From sequence record PP895363.1: a stretch of DNA of 64,000 bases. One strand, 5' to 3'. The stretch is from Klebsiella phage FKP3. How positions within the stretch are numbered: position 1 is the stretch's first letter; each line of letters opens with the position of its first letter. Below are positions 1 through 9,979 of the stretch, piece after piece. A program made the translations under genes and the position numbers. Below the pieces are notes generated by a model. It had not been told where the DNA came from and did no database searches. It worked only from the letters and a program-made list of their open reading frames with translations.

Positions 1-889
1 CTAAGTTGTCATTAAAACGTGACCTATATTCAGCATCTGTTTCAATATCTGTACCAGATGAAAATTCAGTGAAGTTACCAGCTTCCACGTAACCGTTGAA
101 GGTCGAAGAGATAGAACTAATACCTTGTACTCCAAGTGGATTATATCCAGCTTGGTCTGCAATAACCGGGATTAAGCTCCACTTAAAACCTACATCCTGA
201 GAGGCGTAAAATTTAATACTCGTAGATAGTCCTACAGGGTTAGTATAATCTGAGCTTTTAAACCCAACATATACAGTATTACTTGCAACAGAAACTAAAG
301 CTTGATCTGAATCCTGCACATTAGCAATGATAAAATCTCTAAGATCTGTTAGAAATGTAGATGAGCTTGTTGTTAATGTTATAGAATTTAAATCATCTGC
401 TGAAGTTTTTTGTGCATAAAAAGTAATGCTGTTTGCTACATTAGTAGCCTGTGTTTTAGAAACACTAAAAGCTGCAATCATACTTTTTAATTCAGTATCT
501 GTACTAACAGTATAATCTAAGCTATTAGTTGCTGCAAAAGAAACAGATGTGTCTACTAGGTAATCCCAAGGTGCTCTTTTATCTGTTTTAATATAAGCAT
601 AACCACTTCCTGTGGTAGCTCCTTTTCTATAGAAGCCACGTTTAGAAAAGATTTCATCAAGATAGACACCCTCTGCCCCATCTAGTGTTTGGGTGTTATA
701 TACCCCTTGCATTCCTTCCCAAAGAGTATAGTCTGTATATGCAATAATACGGAATAATTGTCCGAACACGGTATCTTCAGACGTGGCTGTATCCGCACCA
801 AATGTATTTTTTAAAGCTGTTAGATAATTATCCAATACTTCATCGTAAGTAGGGATTACAAACCCTGCGTCTGTTAAACCGTAATCACT
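1..889 (-). CDS. baseplate J-like/tail protein, N-terminal part (gene continues beyond window start)
   Basis: ATG at 887-889 (minus) opens a frame that stays open to position 1 (MSDYGLTDAGFVIPTYDEVLDNYL...). It is missing from the ORF track because no stop lies inside the window. Located next to the tail-fibre gene. Confidence 0.35.
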
Positions 890-1139
890 CATTCTTTTCC
901 TCTTCTTTTTTAGGGGGCGGTGTTCTGCCCCAACGTAAATCTATCAAATTATTCATTAGTCGAGAGGGTGTAACCATGAAAACATACACCCAACCCATCC
1001 ATTCAGGAATTTCTTTTTCGATACCTAAGTAAATAAACATAGCAGTCATTGTTAAAAACCCCACTGCGTTCCAGAATTTTGTGGAACTAATTCTTCCTGT
1101 ATGGATATTTCCTAGTAATCCTTTTATAAAATTTTTCAT
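885..1139 (-). CDS. small hydrophobic (membrane) protein
   Basis: 84 aa ORF with one hydrophobic segment; overlaps downstream gene start by 5 nt. Confidence 0.3.
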   Translation of the reverse strand: MKNFIKGLLGNIHTGRISSTKFWNAVGFLTMTAMFIYLGIEKEIPEWMGWVYVFMVTPSRLMNNLIDLRWGRTPPPKKEEEKNE

Positions 1140-1175
1140 AGAACCTTTTAAAAATTTATTTTATTGATTAATTAC

Positions 1176-3173
1176 TTAAATTTGGACAGCTTTTGTAGCT
1201 CCTGTCATAATAAATTTATAGGGTTTACCAGCACTCATTGAAATATTTGCTCCGGTTGTCGTGATTAGTAGACTACTATTATATACTAAGGTACTGCCAG
1301 AGACATTACTAATAATTGTAATTTCCTCCCCTACTAATCCATTTATTTGAGTTACAGATGTTGCTGAAGTTAAGAATATAACTCTACGCCCGTAAGAATC
1401 AATGACAGGATTACTGGTATTTTGATATATTTGACCATATTGTTGTACTGTATTATTTGCATCCCCTGAGACCAGCTTATAAATCACATCCCCTGCTGTT
1501 TGCGTAATTTTACCTACTGTTGAACCAGTACCTGCAAAGAATAGAACAGCTCCTGCTGATTTGGTTCCTGAGCCTACAATAATATGTAAAGATTCTATAT
1601 TACAAGAAGTACCAATATTTAGTAGTCCAGTACTACTAGTTACAACAGATCCAGAACTCGTATTATAAGTTGGTGAAACACGGACTTGACCTGAAAATTT
1701 AGTGTAATTATTTAATATAATAGAGTAATCTAAAGGTTCAGAACCATCTGTAACATGGCATCTATTAAAATAACATCCATTCAATTCCGCTTGACTATTC
1801 GTAGGAGAGACTCTACGATACCAGTGAACACCAGCTTGCGGGTATCCTGCATCATCAGCACCGCTAAACCAACTATGGTTCCATTTAGTAAATTGCCCAG
1901 CATCTTGTACAACATGCACGTTGGAAGCATTGTTACTAACGACCATACAACTGTTGAAATTAACTTTGGTGGCTTCTGGTTGTATCTTAATAACATTATG
2001 CGATGCGGCAGCTTGTCTATATGTTTCAATTTTACAAGACTGAAAAGAAACATGTTCACAAAAACCAACCTCCAGAGCATATGGAGAAAACTCAATATGC
2101 ATATGATTGATTTGCATATTATTAGTGTTATCTGTAGCGTTAGTGCCAATAAATACTGCTGGTGCTGACCCGGTCGGAGTAGAACAATATAAAAACCTAC
2201 AATTATTTATAAAACCATCCCAGACTTCATTAGCATACAAGGCTGTATTAAAGCCTCCTGCATATAATCCTTCGATACGGACATGAGTCCCAACAAAATT
2301 GATTGAATAACATACTCTAGCATCTCTATTGTCTGTAAAAGTATTATACCCCGTTGTACTAAAAAACTTCTGGGATGCACAGGCAATATTCTTTAAATTT
2401 AAACCTGATACCCGCGATGAAGCACTATCCGTGGTTGATGTTATTTTTATTAAAGGTTCTGTACTTAAACCATCATGGGTAAGCAAAAATGTGCCTGTGG
2501 TAGTAGAAGTACCGGGTGTACCTTCTAACTTAGGGTCTACCCCTTTGAATAAATAAAAAGAGCTGTAAATTATTCTTGGTGGAAGTTTAACTGTGCGTTG
2601 TCCTGCATTCCATGCTACAATTTGTTCTAATATATTTTTGTTTATAAGTGCTGCACTAGCAGCTTGTTCTGGAAAGCTAGAACCTGCGGAAGGATCTAAA
2701 CTAGGTATTCCTAGACCGTATTGTATTGCTTCTATACTTAATCCAACATCTAAGCACCAAGCTCCTGATATCCCGCTTGGGTCTGATAATGGTGCAATGA
2801 ATAATCTAGGATATGTAGAAACTAAAGAAGACATATTAGAGGCATCAAAGTACCACTCCCCAGCACCACCGTCATTTTCTGAGAAAGCTCCTTTTGTATA
2901 CGCTCGATCACCAGAAGATGCTTTTAGAGTAGCAAGATCTGCTATAGAGTTTACTTGAGGAATAAGCAAATCAGATAAAAGTTTATTGTAAGATGTCCCT
3001 ACTTTACTAGCCCCTGTCTCCGATAATAAGGCACCATCTGATATAAATTTATAATTTTCAGCTAAATCTAAAACTGTTATTTTCTTTGTGTTATCTGCTT
3101 GGTCTAAGATAAGTAGATCTGTATCTTCAATAGATGTTGCAGAAGGAAGACTTGCTATTTTAATTGTTGCCAT
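1176..3173 (-). CDS. tail fibre / tailspike-like protein
   Basis: 665 aa, Ser/Thr/Gly/Asn-rich with repetitive beta-rich composition typical of receptor-binding fibres; lies in the baseplate block. Confidence 0.45.
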   Translation of the reverse strand: MATIKIASLPSATSIEDTDLLILDQADNTKKITVLDLAENYKFISDGALLSETGASKVGTSYNKLLSDLLIPQVNSIADLATLKASSGDRAYTKGAFSENDGGAGEWYFDASNMSSLVSTYPRLFIAPLSDPSGISGAWCLDVGLSIEAIQYGLGIPSLDPSAGSSFPEQAASAALINKNILEQIVAWNAGQRTVKLPPRIIYSSFYLFKGVDPKLEGTPGTSTTTGTFLLTHDGLSTEPLIKITSTTDSASSRVSGLNLKNIACASQKFFSTTGYNTFTDNRDARVCYSINFVGTHVRIEGLYAGGFNTALYANEVWDGFINNCRFLYCSTPTGSAPAVFIGTNATDNTNNMQINHMHIEFSPYALEVGFCEHVSFQSCKIETYRQAAASHNVIKIQPEATKVNFNSCMVVSNNASNVHVVQDAGQFTKWNHSWFSGADDAGYPQAGVHWYRRVSPTNSQAELNGCYFNRCHVTDGSEPLDYSIILNNYTKFSGQVRVSPTYNTSSGSVVTSSTGLLNIGTSCNIESLHIIVGSGTKSAGAVLFFAGTGSTVGKITQTAGDVIYKLVSGDANNTVQQYGQIYQNTSNPVIDSYGRRVIFLTSATSVTQINGLVGEEITIISNVSGSTLVYNSSLLITTTGANISMSAGKPYKFIMTGATKAVQI

Positions 3174-3789
3174 CTATATTAGCCCTTAATGTCATGTTAA
3201 GTTGGGTAACTATCTCTTCCCCTAACTGTGTAATTAATAAATATTGTTCTAAAGATATAAAATTAGCCCACTCATTCCACCAGGTGGAATATGTTTGATC
3301 CGGCAACCCATCGATGTTTATAAACTTATATAATCGGTTTGCATCTGGTATAGTACCAAAGAACGAACATGTAATTCGTGCATCATCGTCACTAACTTCA
3401 GGATAGATATATTCTTCAGAAGGTTGTGTAGAGAAAACAGTTGTAACATTGTCTTCACCAACTGCAACGTTAGCTACCATAGTATAGTAACGTTCATCTC
3501 TATCAAAGCTAGAAGTGTAGCTATTAATATTATCTACAAATCTGTTATTAGCAATCTGAGATAAGAATATTCTATCTACTGTTTCTTTTTTCCTAGCCAC
3601 ACCTATAATCTCTTGAAGATAAGGTGTACCAAAATTGGTGTTTAGGAACCACTCCCCTTTAAACGTTTTAAGAGTAATTCCTAAAGTTTGTGCTGCCATT
3701 TCAGTACGGGTAGTTGTGAGGGTGAGATCACCCTCTGCAATAATCAAATCATTTGTACTGTCCAGCTTAAGGTCAAAAGATACGCCCAT
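3160..3789 (-). CDS. baseplate/tail structural protein
   Basis: 209 aa ORF within tail module, tightly packed with neighbours. Confidence 0.3.
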   Translation of the reverse strand: MGVSFDLKLDSTNDLIIAEGDLTLTTTRTEMAAQTLGITLKTFKGEWFLNTNFGTPYLQEIIGVARKKETVDRIFLSQIANNRFVDNINSYTSSFDRDERYYTMVANVAVGEDNVTTVFSTQPSEEYIYPEVSDDDARITCSFFGTIPDANRLYKFINIDGLPDQTYSTWWNEWANFISLEQYLLITQLGEEIVTQLNMTLRANIDGNN

Positions 3790-3790
3790 A

Positions 3791-4489
3791 TTATCCTCCT
3801 AAAGGAGCTGTAGAACTGCCACCAGACTCAACACCACCGTGGGTATGTCTATCTACGACACTACCATCTGCAAGCGTTAGAGTTCCATCTGGAGCTATTT
3901 TTAAGCCATTAATATTGAAAGTTCCATTAGAAAGAGTTAAACTTCCCGCGCTGTCTGCCAAAGTAATCTCAGAACCATTAATCTCTATCTTAAGTCCAGC
4001 GCTATTGTATATTGATATTGTATCCGTAGAATCAAATTCAGCATAAGTGTTCTTATTATTAGAAATTACTATCTTGTCAGAATCTACTGCATCTGTAGTA
4101 TCAGCGGCTGTGGCTATTTTTGGAATAAAACAAACAGGGTATAATCCACATGGTTGAATAAGTGTAGAAGTGCTGGTAGTTTCCCCTGTTGTTTGCAGTG
4201 CATTAGATGGGTCTCTTTCCGAGAAGATTACTGTTCCAATATCTCCAGCTTTTAAAGGAAACGATATACGGGCAGTACCTCCACCATTAATTGCAAACGG
4301 TACATCATGGAATGTTGGATATTCTATTTCATCTTCAGTACTACGCTTATTAGTTACCAAAGATTCTAAAGTCACTGTCTTAGCTCCATAATCTACCGCT
4401 GTTACTCTTACAGGTAGTGCTGTATGAACTTCTGCGATTTGTTCATTTATCAATCCTCGCATAGAAGTTACAATATTTAAAGAATCCAT
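3791..4489 (-). CDS. baseplate hub/spike-like protein
   Basis: 232 aa; beta-rich N-domain and Gly-rich C-terminus reminiscent of gpV/gp5-type spike proteins; position in baseplate block. Confidence 0.3.
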   Translation of the reverse strand: MDSLNIVTSMRGLINEQIAEVHTALPVRVTAVDYGAKTVTLESLVTNKRSTEDEIEYPTFHDVPFAINGGGTARISFPLKAGDIGTVIFSERDPSNALQTTGETTSTSTLIQPCGLYPVCFIPKIATAADTTDAVDSDKIVISNNKNTYAEFDSTDTISIYNSAGLKIEINGSEITLADSAGSLTLSNGTFNINGLKIAPDGTLTLADGSVVDRHTHGGVESGGSSTAPLGG

Positions 4490-4490
4490 A

Positions 4491-5492
4491 TTAACCTTTC
4501 TTAATTATCGAAGATACTGAAACGGATTCCACTTCTGTTGTCCAGTCTTTCCCTTCTTTATCCCCAGAATGTACGACAGAGACAACCTTAAAAGCTCCAT
4601 CATAATCGTGGCTTTTTAACCATATAGTTTTTTCAGGGAGGATTGCACCATTCATCTCACATTTAAATTTTACACCGTCAGTAGGTTTTTTTGATTTTTT
4701 ACTAGACTTTGTAACTTTTTTAGTTGGTTTAATATCATTATGGAAAGGCTCAGGGCTTCCGACTAAACCTGTTTCAGGAGAGATGTAAGCGCAACGAGCA
4801 CTTGACATTTGAGATCGAGGTGTAACATAAACTGACCCATCTTGAATAGATATATTATGATCTATTCCTCGGCAAATACTCTCTAAATAATGTGAGGTGT
4901 TACCGCACATAACTGTTGAAGATGACAATGTTTCTTCAGTATCTATGTGAATATTACCTTCAGTTGTACCTAAATCTTTTACAAGATCTCCTACAACTTT
5001 TTTAACTTTAGTTCCTTTTGGATAACTGCGGCTAGTTCTGGCTTCCGCTATATTTATCCCGCCATCTAAACAATGCAGAACCGTTCTTCGGTCTGTATTA
5101 TTGAAAGAATCACTAACCCATTGCACTGTTCCTTTAAAGATCATAGTTAATTCTTGACCTTCATATCCAACGGATAAGGCTACAGCCAAGTTGTTTCTAA
5201 TACTTCTGTTGATATAATTAACAGTATCGTCAGTTAAGTTATAGATTGTTATTTCAGCTTGGTTAGGATCTTTATTATTATCTTTACGAATATTAAAAGA
5301 TATTTGATATTCTGTTAATAAATAGAGGTTAGATGACGACTTGGTAGTGCTAGCCATTTTCGTATCTAAATCAACAGTAGAACTAAAAGAAGAATTCTTA
5401 GTCTTCTTTCTTTCTACGTTAGTTGCAGCACCAATTAATAATTTATACGCCCTGTTTAAATTAGGGGCTGGGGCTTTTACATAATCTGCCAC
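4491..5492 (-). CDS. tail/baseplate protein
   Basis: 333 aa ORF, start 2 nt after the upstream gene's stop. Confidence 0.3.
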   Translation of the reverse strand: MADYVKAPAPNLNRAYKLLIGAATNVERKKTKNSSFSSTVDLDTKMASTTKSSSNLYLLTEYQISFNIRKDNNKDPNQAEITIYNLTDDTVNYINRSIRNNLAVALSVGYEGQELTMIFKGTVQWVSDSFNNTDRRTVLHCLDGGINIAEARTSRSYPKGTKVKKVVGDLVKDLGTTEGNIHIDTEETLSSSTVMCGNTSHYLESICRGIDHNISIQDGSVYVTPRSQMSSARCAYISPETGLVGSPEPFHNDIKPTKKVTKSSKKSKKPTDGVKFKCEMNGAILPEKTIWLKSHDYDGAFKVVSVVHSGDKEGKDWTTEVESVSVSSIIKKG

Positions 5493-5506
5493 GTAACCTC
5501 CATATT

Positions 5507-5926
5507 TTAAGCTTGGTTAGGTAATGAATCTATATACACAAGAACAAAACGTTTATCTATACCTGTATCATCATAGTTAGGTCTACCGTTTATTTTAACA
5601 GTATCTACCAAGTACAACTCCCCGTCAGGAACAGCTTCCATATATTTGTATGGGAGAAGTAGGTCTAAGCCATTTGTTACTTTGAAGGTAATGCTAGGTT
5701 CATCACCCGATAACCCTAATAACATTTGCCATGATTCATCACGAGTATTCCAACGCAAACGTATGTCATAGTCTACGCCATCCAATGTTACAGTATAGGT
5801 TTGGTCTGGATATTCATCTGTTTTTAATAACCAAGAAAAATAAACAGATCTGTCTTCTATGAATACAGCATTATAACCAGTATTAGTTGTAGCTCTACTG
5901 GCTTCTGAAAATGTAGAAACTGTCAC
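5507..5926 (-). CDS. hypothetical tail protein
   Basis: 139 aa ORF in tail module. Confidence 0.25.
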   Translation of the reverse strand: MTVSTFSEASRATTNTGYNAVFIEDRSVYFSWLLKTDEYPDQTYTVTLDGVDYDIRLRWNTRDESWQMLLGLSGDEPSITFKVTNGLDLLLPYKYMEAVPDGELYLVDTVKINGRPNYDDTGIDKRFVLVYIDSLPNQA

Positions 5927-5935
5927 TATAACTCC

Positions 5936-6616
5936 TTACTGATTTGAGGCAGTACCATTATTTCTATTCGATGTTCCGGTTGCCTCCCCGGTACGTTCAG
6001 TTAGATTCCCAGATGGGCCTGGGCCTTTCTGTTTAACTGTTCCACCAACGTTCTTATTGCCTTTTGTTTTAGTTGCAATAACATTAGTTTCGGCGTAACT
6101 TACTAGGCGAATTTGTTCAAATTCTAAATCAAACTGCATAGAATATTCAGACTGATAATCATAAGATATACCTTTAAGAATAACATTCTCAAAAATCTTA
6201 TGCTCTGTTATTAGGATAATAGGCTGTCTTGCCTCGAAGATTTGATCTAGGTATGTAATAGCTTGACTTATACGTGTCCCGTTAACGCCTGCGCTATAAA
6301 GCATATCCCGCATTAATCGTATTGGCGTTTCAGTGATCATCCCGGATAAAGAAAAAGTATTATTTTTTATCTGAACGTGGTCTGATACATTAGCACCACT
6401 CTCCACAGGATATGCTGTCACGTCTGCCTGGCGTTTAATCCCAACACTAGGTACAGCGTCGAATACAATAGCTTGATAATCTTGAATATAAGAATTACTT
6501 GCATTATTATATACGCTAGCTAAAATACAAAAACCATTCTGACCTTTGTCTGTAGTTTTTGCATTTGTATTAGATGTGTTATTTACTGTATTTGCCATAA
6601 TAATACTATTGTACAT
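5936..6616 (-). CDS. hypothetical tail protein
   Basis: 226 aa ORF in tail module. Confidence 0.25.
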   Translation of the reverse strand: MYNSIIMANTVNNTSNTNAKTTDKGQNGFCILASVYNNASNSYIQDYQAIVFDAVPSVGIKRQADVTAYPVESGANVSDHVQIKNNTFSLSGMITETPIRLMRDMLYSAGVNGTRISQAITYLDQIFEARQPIILITEHKIFENVILKGISYDYQSEYSMQFDLEFEQIRLVSYAETNVIATKTKGNKNVGGTVKQKGPGPSGNLTERTGEATGTSNRNNGTASNQ

Positions 6617-6668
6617 CAGTTATGATAACATGTTTATCGATACATTGTCAATACTGATGTACAACGTT

Positions 6669-8642
6669 TTAGCCTCCGGTAGAAGATTGTCCACTATTTA
6701 TCTGTAGAGTCAGATCTCTTGTGTAACCACTAAATGATGCATCCATTTCGCTACGTAAGAAATTACTGAATCCATAGCCATCCGGCACAACGTTAATTGT
6801 GAACGAATTGTCAGGGATTGTCAGGGTTGCCTGTAGATTAACAGCAGAGGCAGTAGGATAATACAGATTGCTTCCAAGTGGGCCACCACGATTAACCGCA
6901 AAGCTATACGGATCAAGTCCATTGTAGCTATTGCCGATACCGACTTGGTTAGGGCCAAGTGCTGCTGTACCCGCCATTAGGTTAGCGTTCTGTACCCCAG
7001 GGATACTGTTCAGGCTTGCTACGCTATCAGTGAAACCTTCTAGGTGCGGAATTAACCATTGGCCTAACCAGCTATCGCGATAGTAGGACATACCCAGGAA
7101 GGTATCACTTGCGAGCTGCTCATGTCTGTTCTCAGGATTGATACCTGAAACCCATCTAGCCAAACTAGCCAAGGCTATAGCGACCTCACCTGCGGATTTA
7201 CCAATACTTTTTGCTGCATCCATGAAAATTGGAACGTTCTGAGCGAACTCCGGCGCACCCTTCATTGCATCCATGAAACCAACAACTAGATTAGCATTAA
7301 ATCCATTACCGAACTGGTTCAGTTTTTCAGATAGAATAACATAATTTTGAGCTGCCACCATTTGCTCTTCATTTAGAGCACCACCAGTTTGGGTTAACTG
7401 GCGAACCATATCCATGTATTCTTTACCATTATCTAAGAACATACGTTGGTAGTGCATTAAGTCATCACCGAGGTTCTCCATCAGACGACCAATCTGCGCT
7501 GAGTTCATACCACGGCGCTGACCTTCGTTCACAGTTGCTTGGATAAAGTCAAGAGGTCTGTTTTGGAATTGGGCAATCTGATCTTTAGTCCAGCCAAACT
7601 GGTTCATAATGTCATTAATACCACTATCTCCGCCTTTCCATTTGCCAGATTTTTCATCAAACTGGCTCATCATTGCAGAGTTACCTAAACGTTCACGAAC
7701 GTCCTTGATGTTGTCGATTGCTTTGATGATGTTAGCTGAGTCAACACCGTTCACACGCCCCCATGATTCCATAGCAAGTACGGCATTAGGGTTTGTTTGT
7801 ACGTTCTGAGCACCTCGACTGACCATGTTGGTACGTTGTGCGCTTTCACTCATAATATTACGAATTTGAGCAAGACCAGCTACTAATGCACCACCTACCA
7901 ATGATCCAGCTAGCATTGATGGGTTTAACCCCAGAACACTTTCCTTCACACGTTCATAGCGGCGAGCGCGGTCACGCGCTCTTTGGTCACGAATACGTTT
8001 CTCTTCCCGTTCACGTAATTTGCGCTCACGTTCACGAGCACGAATTCTAGCTTTAGCAATAGCCTCTTCTTCGCGTTTAATACGGCGACGACCTCTAACT
8101 TCATCCTCAATACGAGCGTTTGCTGCTCGATGTGATCGACGAATGTTATCTAACTGATGCGCCATTGTTTGGTTTACACGCGCTAGGGTTATCTTCTCTT
8201 GGCGGTATAAGTCAAGTGTTTGTGCAATAATCCTGTTTGCTTGTGTTAATGTGGCAATATCGGCTTTAGGTAGGGCCGCAGCTCGGAAGGAGAAGTTCTC
8301 CATCTTCATTGCTGCAATGTCTGCTCTACGTTGTGCCGGATCAACCTTGGGTGGTTTAGGTGGTCTACCTGGAGGGCCAGGAGGTGGTGGTGGTGGATTT
8401 CCACCTGGGGGATGTGGAGGAGGATTACCTCCTCCCTGACCACGCATTAAATCCCGAACACGTTTCGCGTAACGTTCCATCTCCTGCATCTGCTTTCTCA
8501 TCCTTGTCATGTCTAAGGATGGTTTAATACCTTCTGCGAAAGTCTTAACACTCTGAATAGAGTCTTTAGCTTCTTTCAGGCTTTGTTTATCCACCGTGAA
8601 GGTAACAGTGTTTTTAATTTTAGAGGTATTAATTTCTAGCAA
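6669..8642 (-). CDS. tail tape measure protein
   Basis: 657 aa. Contains a long Arg/Glu-rich coiled-coil segment (RERERKLREREEKRIRDQRARDRARR) and a Pro/Gly-rich tract (PPPHPPGGNPPPPPPGPPGRPPKPP). Sits directly downstream of a frameshifted chaperone pair, the canonical tape-measure position. Confidence 0.5.
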   Translation of the reverse strand: MLEINTSKIKNTVTFTVDKQSLKEAKDSIQSVKTFAEGIKPSLDMTRMRKQMQEMERYAKRVRDLMRGQGGGNPPPHPPGGNPPPPPPGPPGRPPKPPKVDPAQRRADIAAMKMENFSFRAAALPKADIATLTQANRIIAQTLDLYRQEKITLARVNQTMAHQLDNIRRSHRAANARIEDEVRGRRRIKREEEAIAKARIRARERERKLREREEKRIRDQRARDRARRYERVKESVLGLNPSMLAGSLVGGALVAGLAQIRNIMSESAQRTNMVSRGAQNVQTNPNAVLAMESWGRVNGVDSANIIKAIDNIKDVRERLGNSAMMSQFDEKSGKWKGGDSGINDIMNQFGWTKDQIAQFQNRPLDFIQATVNEGQRRGMNSAQIGRLMENLGDDLMHYQRMFLDNGKEYMDMVRQLTQTGGALNEEQMVAAQNYVILSEKLNQFGNGFNANLVVGFMDAMKGAPEFAQNVPIFMDAAKSIGKSAGEVAIALASLARWVSGINPENRHEQLASDTFLGMSYYRDSWLGQWLIPHLEGFTDSVASLNSIPGVQNANLMAGTAALGPNQVGIGNSYNGLDPYSFAVNRGGPLGSNLYYPTASAVNLQATLTIPDNSFTINVVPDGYGFSNFLRSEMDASFSGYTRDLTLQINSGQSSTGG

Positions 8643-8654
8643 GGGAGTTCTCCG

Positions 8655-9409
8655 TTATTCTGCTGGAATCATCTTTTTGAGAGCTTTATCTAACTCTTGT
8701 ACTGTTTTTTGTTGCCCTTTCTTTATATCAACATCTTTGTGGTACATAGCATCAACATATTCTTCAAAAGATAGATATTCGTATAGTTTTAATAAATAAT
8801 CCACACCGTAATTATCCAATGTGGATAAGGTTTCTGACGTATTTTTAACTACCTTACAAAGAATTACTTCATACCATGTTAAACTCATAGTTTGCGATGC
8901 TATTTGTATTGCATGTTCAATAGCTGGGCTTAACTCTGTACCAGGCTCTCTATTCCTTTGAATTGGGTCAATAGTTTGCCGAAACCGCGTTTGAAAAAAG
9001 GGCCATAGTTCACCTCAAGAACTTTAGCTGTCAGGTCAATAACGAGTTCAGGGTGTGCGAAAAATAATTCATCAAAGTTTTCAGATACATTATGACCTGA
9101 TTCTGTGTAAACTTCATCTAGAATTTTCTTTAGAAAGTTAGCTAGATTTTTTTCTTCTAGACCAGAAAACAGTTGAATCAAAGCCATTGCAATACGAGGT
9201 TCTAAATCTTCGTCTGCTGACATAGCTGCTGTGTCATACATAACCATAGGGACGGCTAAAACACTGCCTAGTTCAGGAATCCTTTCAAATACTTTAGTAG
9301 GATTCCACTTTAAAATTCTAAATGTTGCGAAACGTCCTTCTTCTAATGGAATATCAACCATAACTTCTGGACGTGCGAATTTTTGAATTGTATTATCTTT
9401 TTGTTCCAT
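8655..9409 (-). CDS. tail assembly chaperone, -1 frameshift fusion product (GT-like)
   Basis: After a -1 slip at TTTTTTC (8993-8999, minus) the frame is open with no stops. It runs directly into ORF 8655-8888 (MSLTWYEV...), which sits in the -1 frame relative to 8930-9409. Confidence 0.45.
8930..9409 (-). CDS. tail assembly chaperone (G-like, 0-frame product)
   Basis: 159 aa ORF between the tube and tape-measure genes; ends ...GPFFKRGFGKLLTQFKGIESLVQS* and contains slippery heptamer T_TTT_TTC at 8993-8999. Confidence 0.5.
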   Translation of the reverse strand: MEQKDNTIQKFARPEVMVDIPLEEGRFATFRILKWNPTKVFERIPELGSVLAVPMVMYDTAAMSADEDLEPRIAMALIQLFSGLEEKNLANFLKKILDEVYTESGHNVSENFDELFFAHPELVIDLTAKVLEVNYGPFFKRGFGKLLTQFKGIESLVQS

Positions 9410-9421
9410 TATTTCCTCTCT

Positions 9422-9447
9422 TAAAAGAAAAGGGCATTTCTGCCCTT
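9422..9447 (-). terminator. rho-independent terminator after tail tube gene
   Basis: On the minus strand: AGGGCAGAAAUGCCCU hairpin followed by UUUUCUUUU. Confidence 0.5.
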
Positions 9448-9451
9448 TATA

Positions 9452-9931
9452 TTACTGAATAGTTAGAGCTGTAATTGAGTTAAGTACGTTAACTCCAGCA
9501 CCTACTGCTGAACGAAGCAGGCTTGCATCTTTAAGACCAATTACCCACTGGTTCTCTTGAATTGTTTCTCCGATGGTGTCATCAGGTTGACTTTGAATCC
9601 ATCCAATGGTAGAAATATAGTATCCACGAGGATCTTCCAGATAGACTGAGAATGCAACTTGGCGAGTTGAATACATAGTCTGTGCATACGCAGAAAGAAC
9701 TTCGTTGGCTGGTGATGTACGTTGTAGCGACATAGTTAGAGTACCTAGACGGTTACGACTAAGTGCTAGTGAAACATCTCCATCAGTACCAGAATATGGG
9801 TTGATGATATCATTACTTTTAGAAATAACGATCTTAGTGTCTGCGGCAAATCCCCACGGCTCCCATCCACCAAGAGATAGAATCACCTGGGAAGGGTCGT
9901 AAGCATAGATGCCAGTAAGCATTTTATCCAA
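9452..9931 (-). CDS. tail tube protein
   Basis: 159 aa ORF immediately downstream of the sheath gene and upstream of the chaperone pair (myovirus gene order). Confidence 0.45.
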   Translation of the reverse strand: MDKMLTGIYAYDPSQVILSLGGWEPWGFAADTKIVISKSNDIINPYSGTDGDVSLALSRNRLGTLTMSLQRTSPANEVLSAYAQTMYSTRQVAFSVYLEDPRGYYISTIGWIQSQPDDTIGETIQENQWVIGLKDASLLRSAVGAGVNVLNSITALTIQ

Positions 9932-9957
9932 AGTGGATCTCCTTTATTTACATTCAT

Positions 9958-9978
9958 GCGGGGTTTCCCCCGCTTTTA
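9958..9978. promoter_or_regulatory. GC hairpin between sheath and tube genes
   Basis: GCGGGGTTTCCCCCGC followed by TTTT on the plus strand (antisense to the flanking genes). Could terminate antisense transcription or attenuate. Confidence 0.3.
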
Positions 9979-9979
9979 A

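Noticed and set aside
1755-2958. Plus- and minus-strand ORFs nested inside the tail-fibre gene (1755-2168, 1781-2149, 2329-2556, 2593-2958)
   Set aside because: They lie fully inside a 665-aa gene with strong coding character on the minus strand; no RBS; low-complexity translations.
8251-8439. Plus-strand Gly/Pro-rich ORF antisense to the tape-measure gene
   Set aside because: It is simply the reverse complement of the tape-measure Pro/Gly-coding tract.
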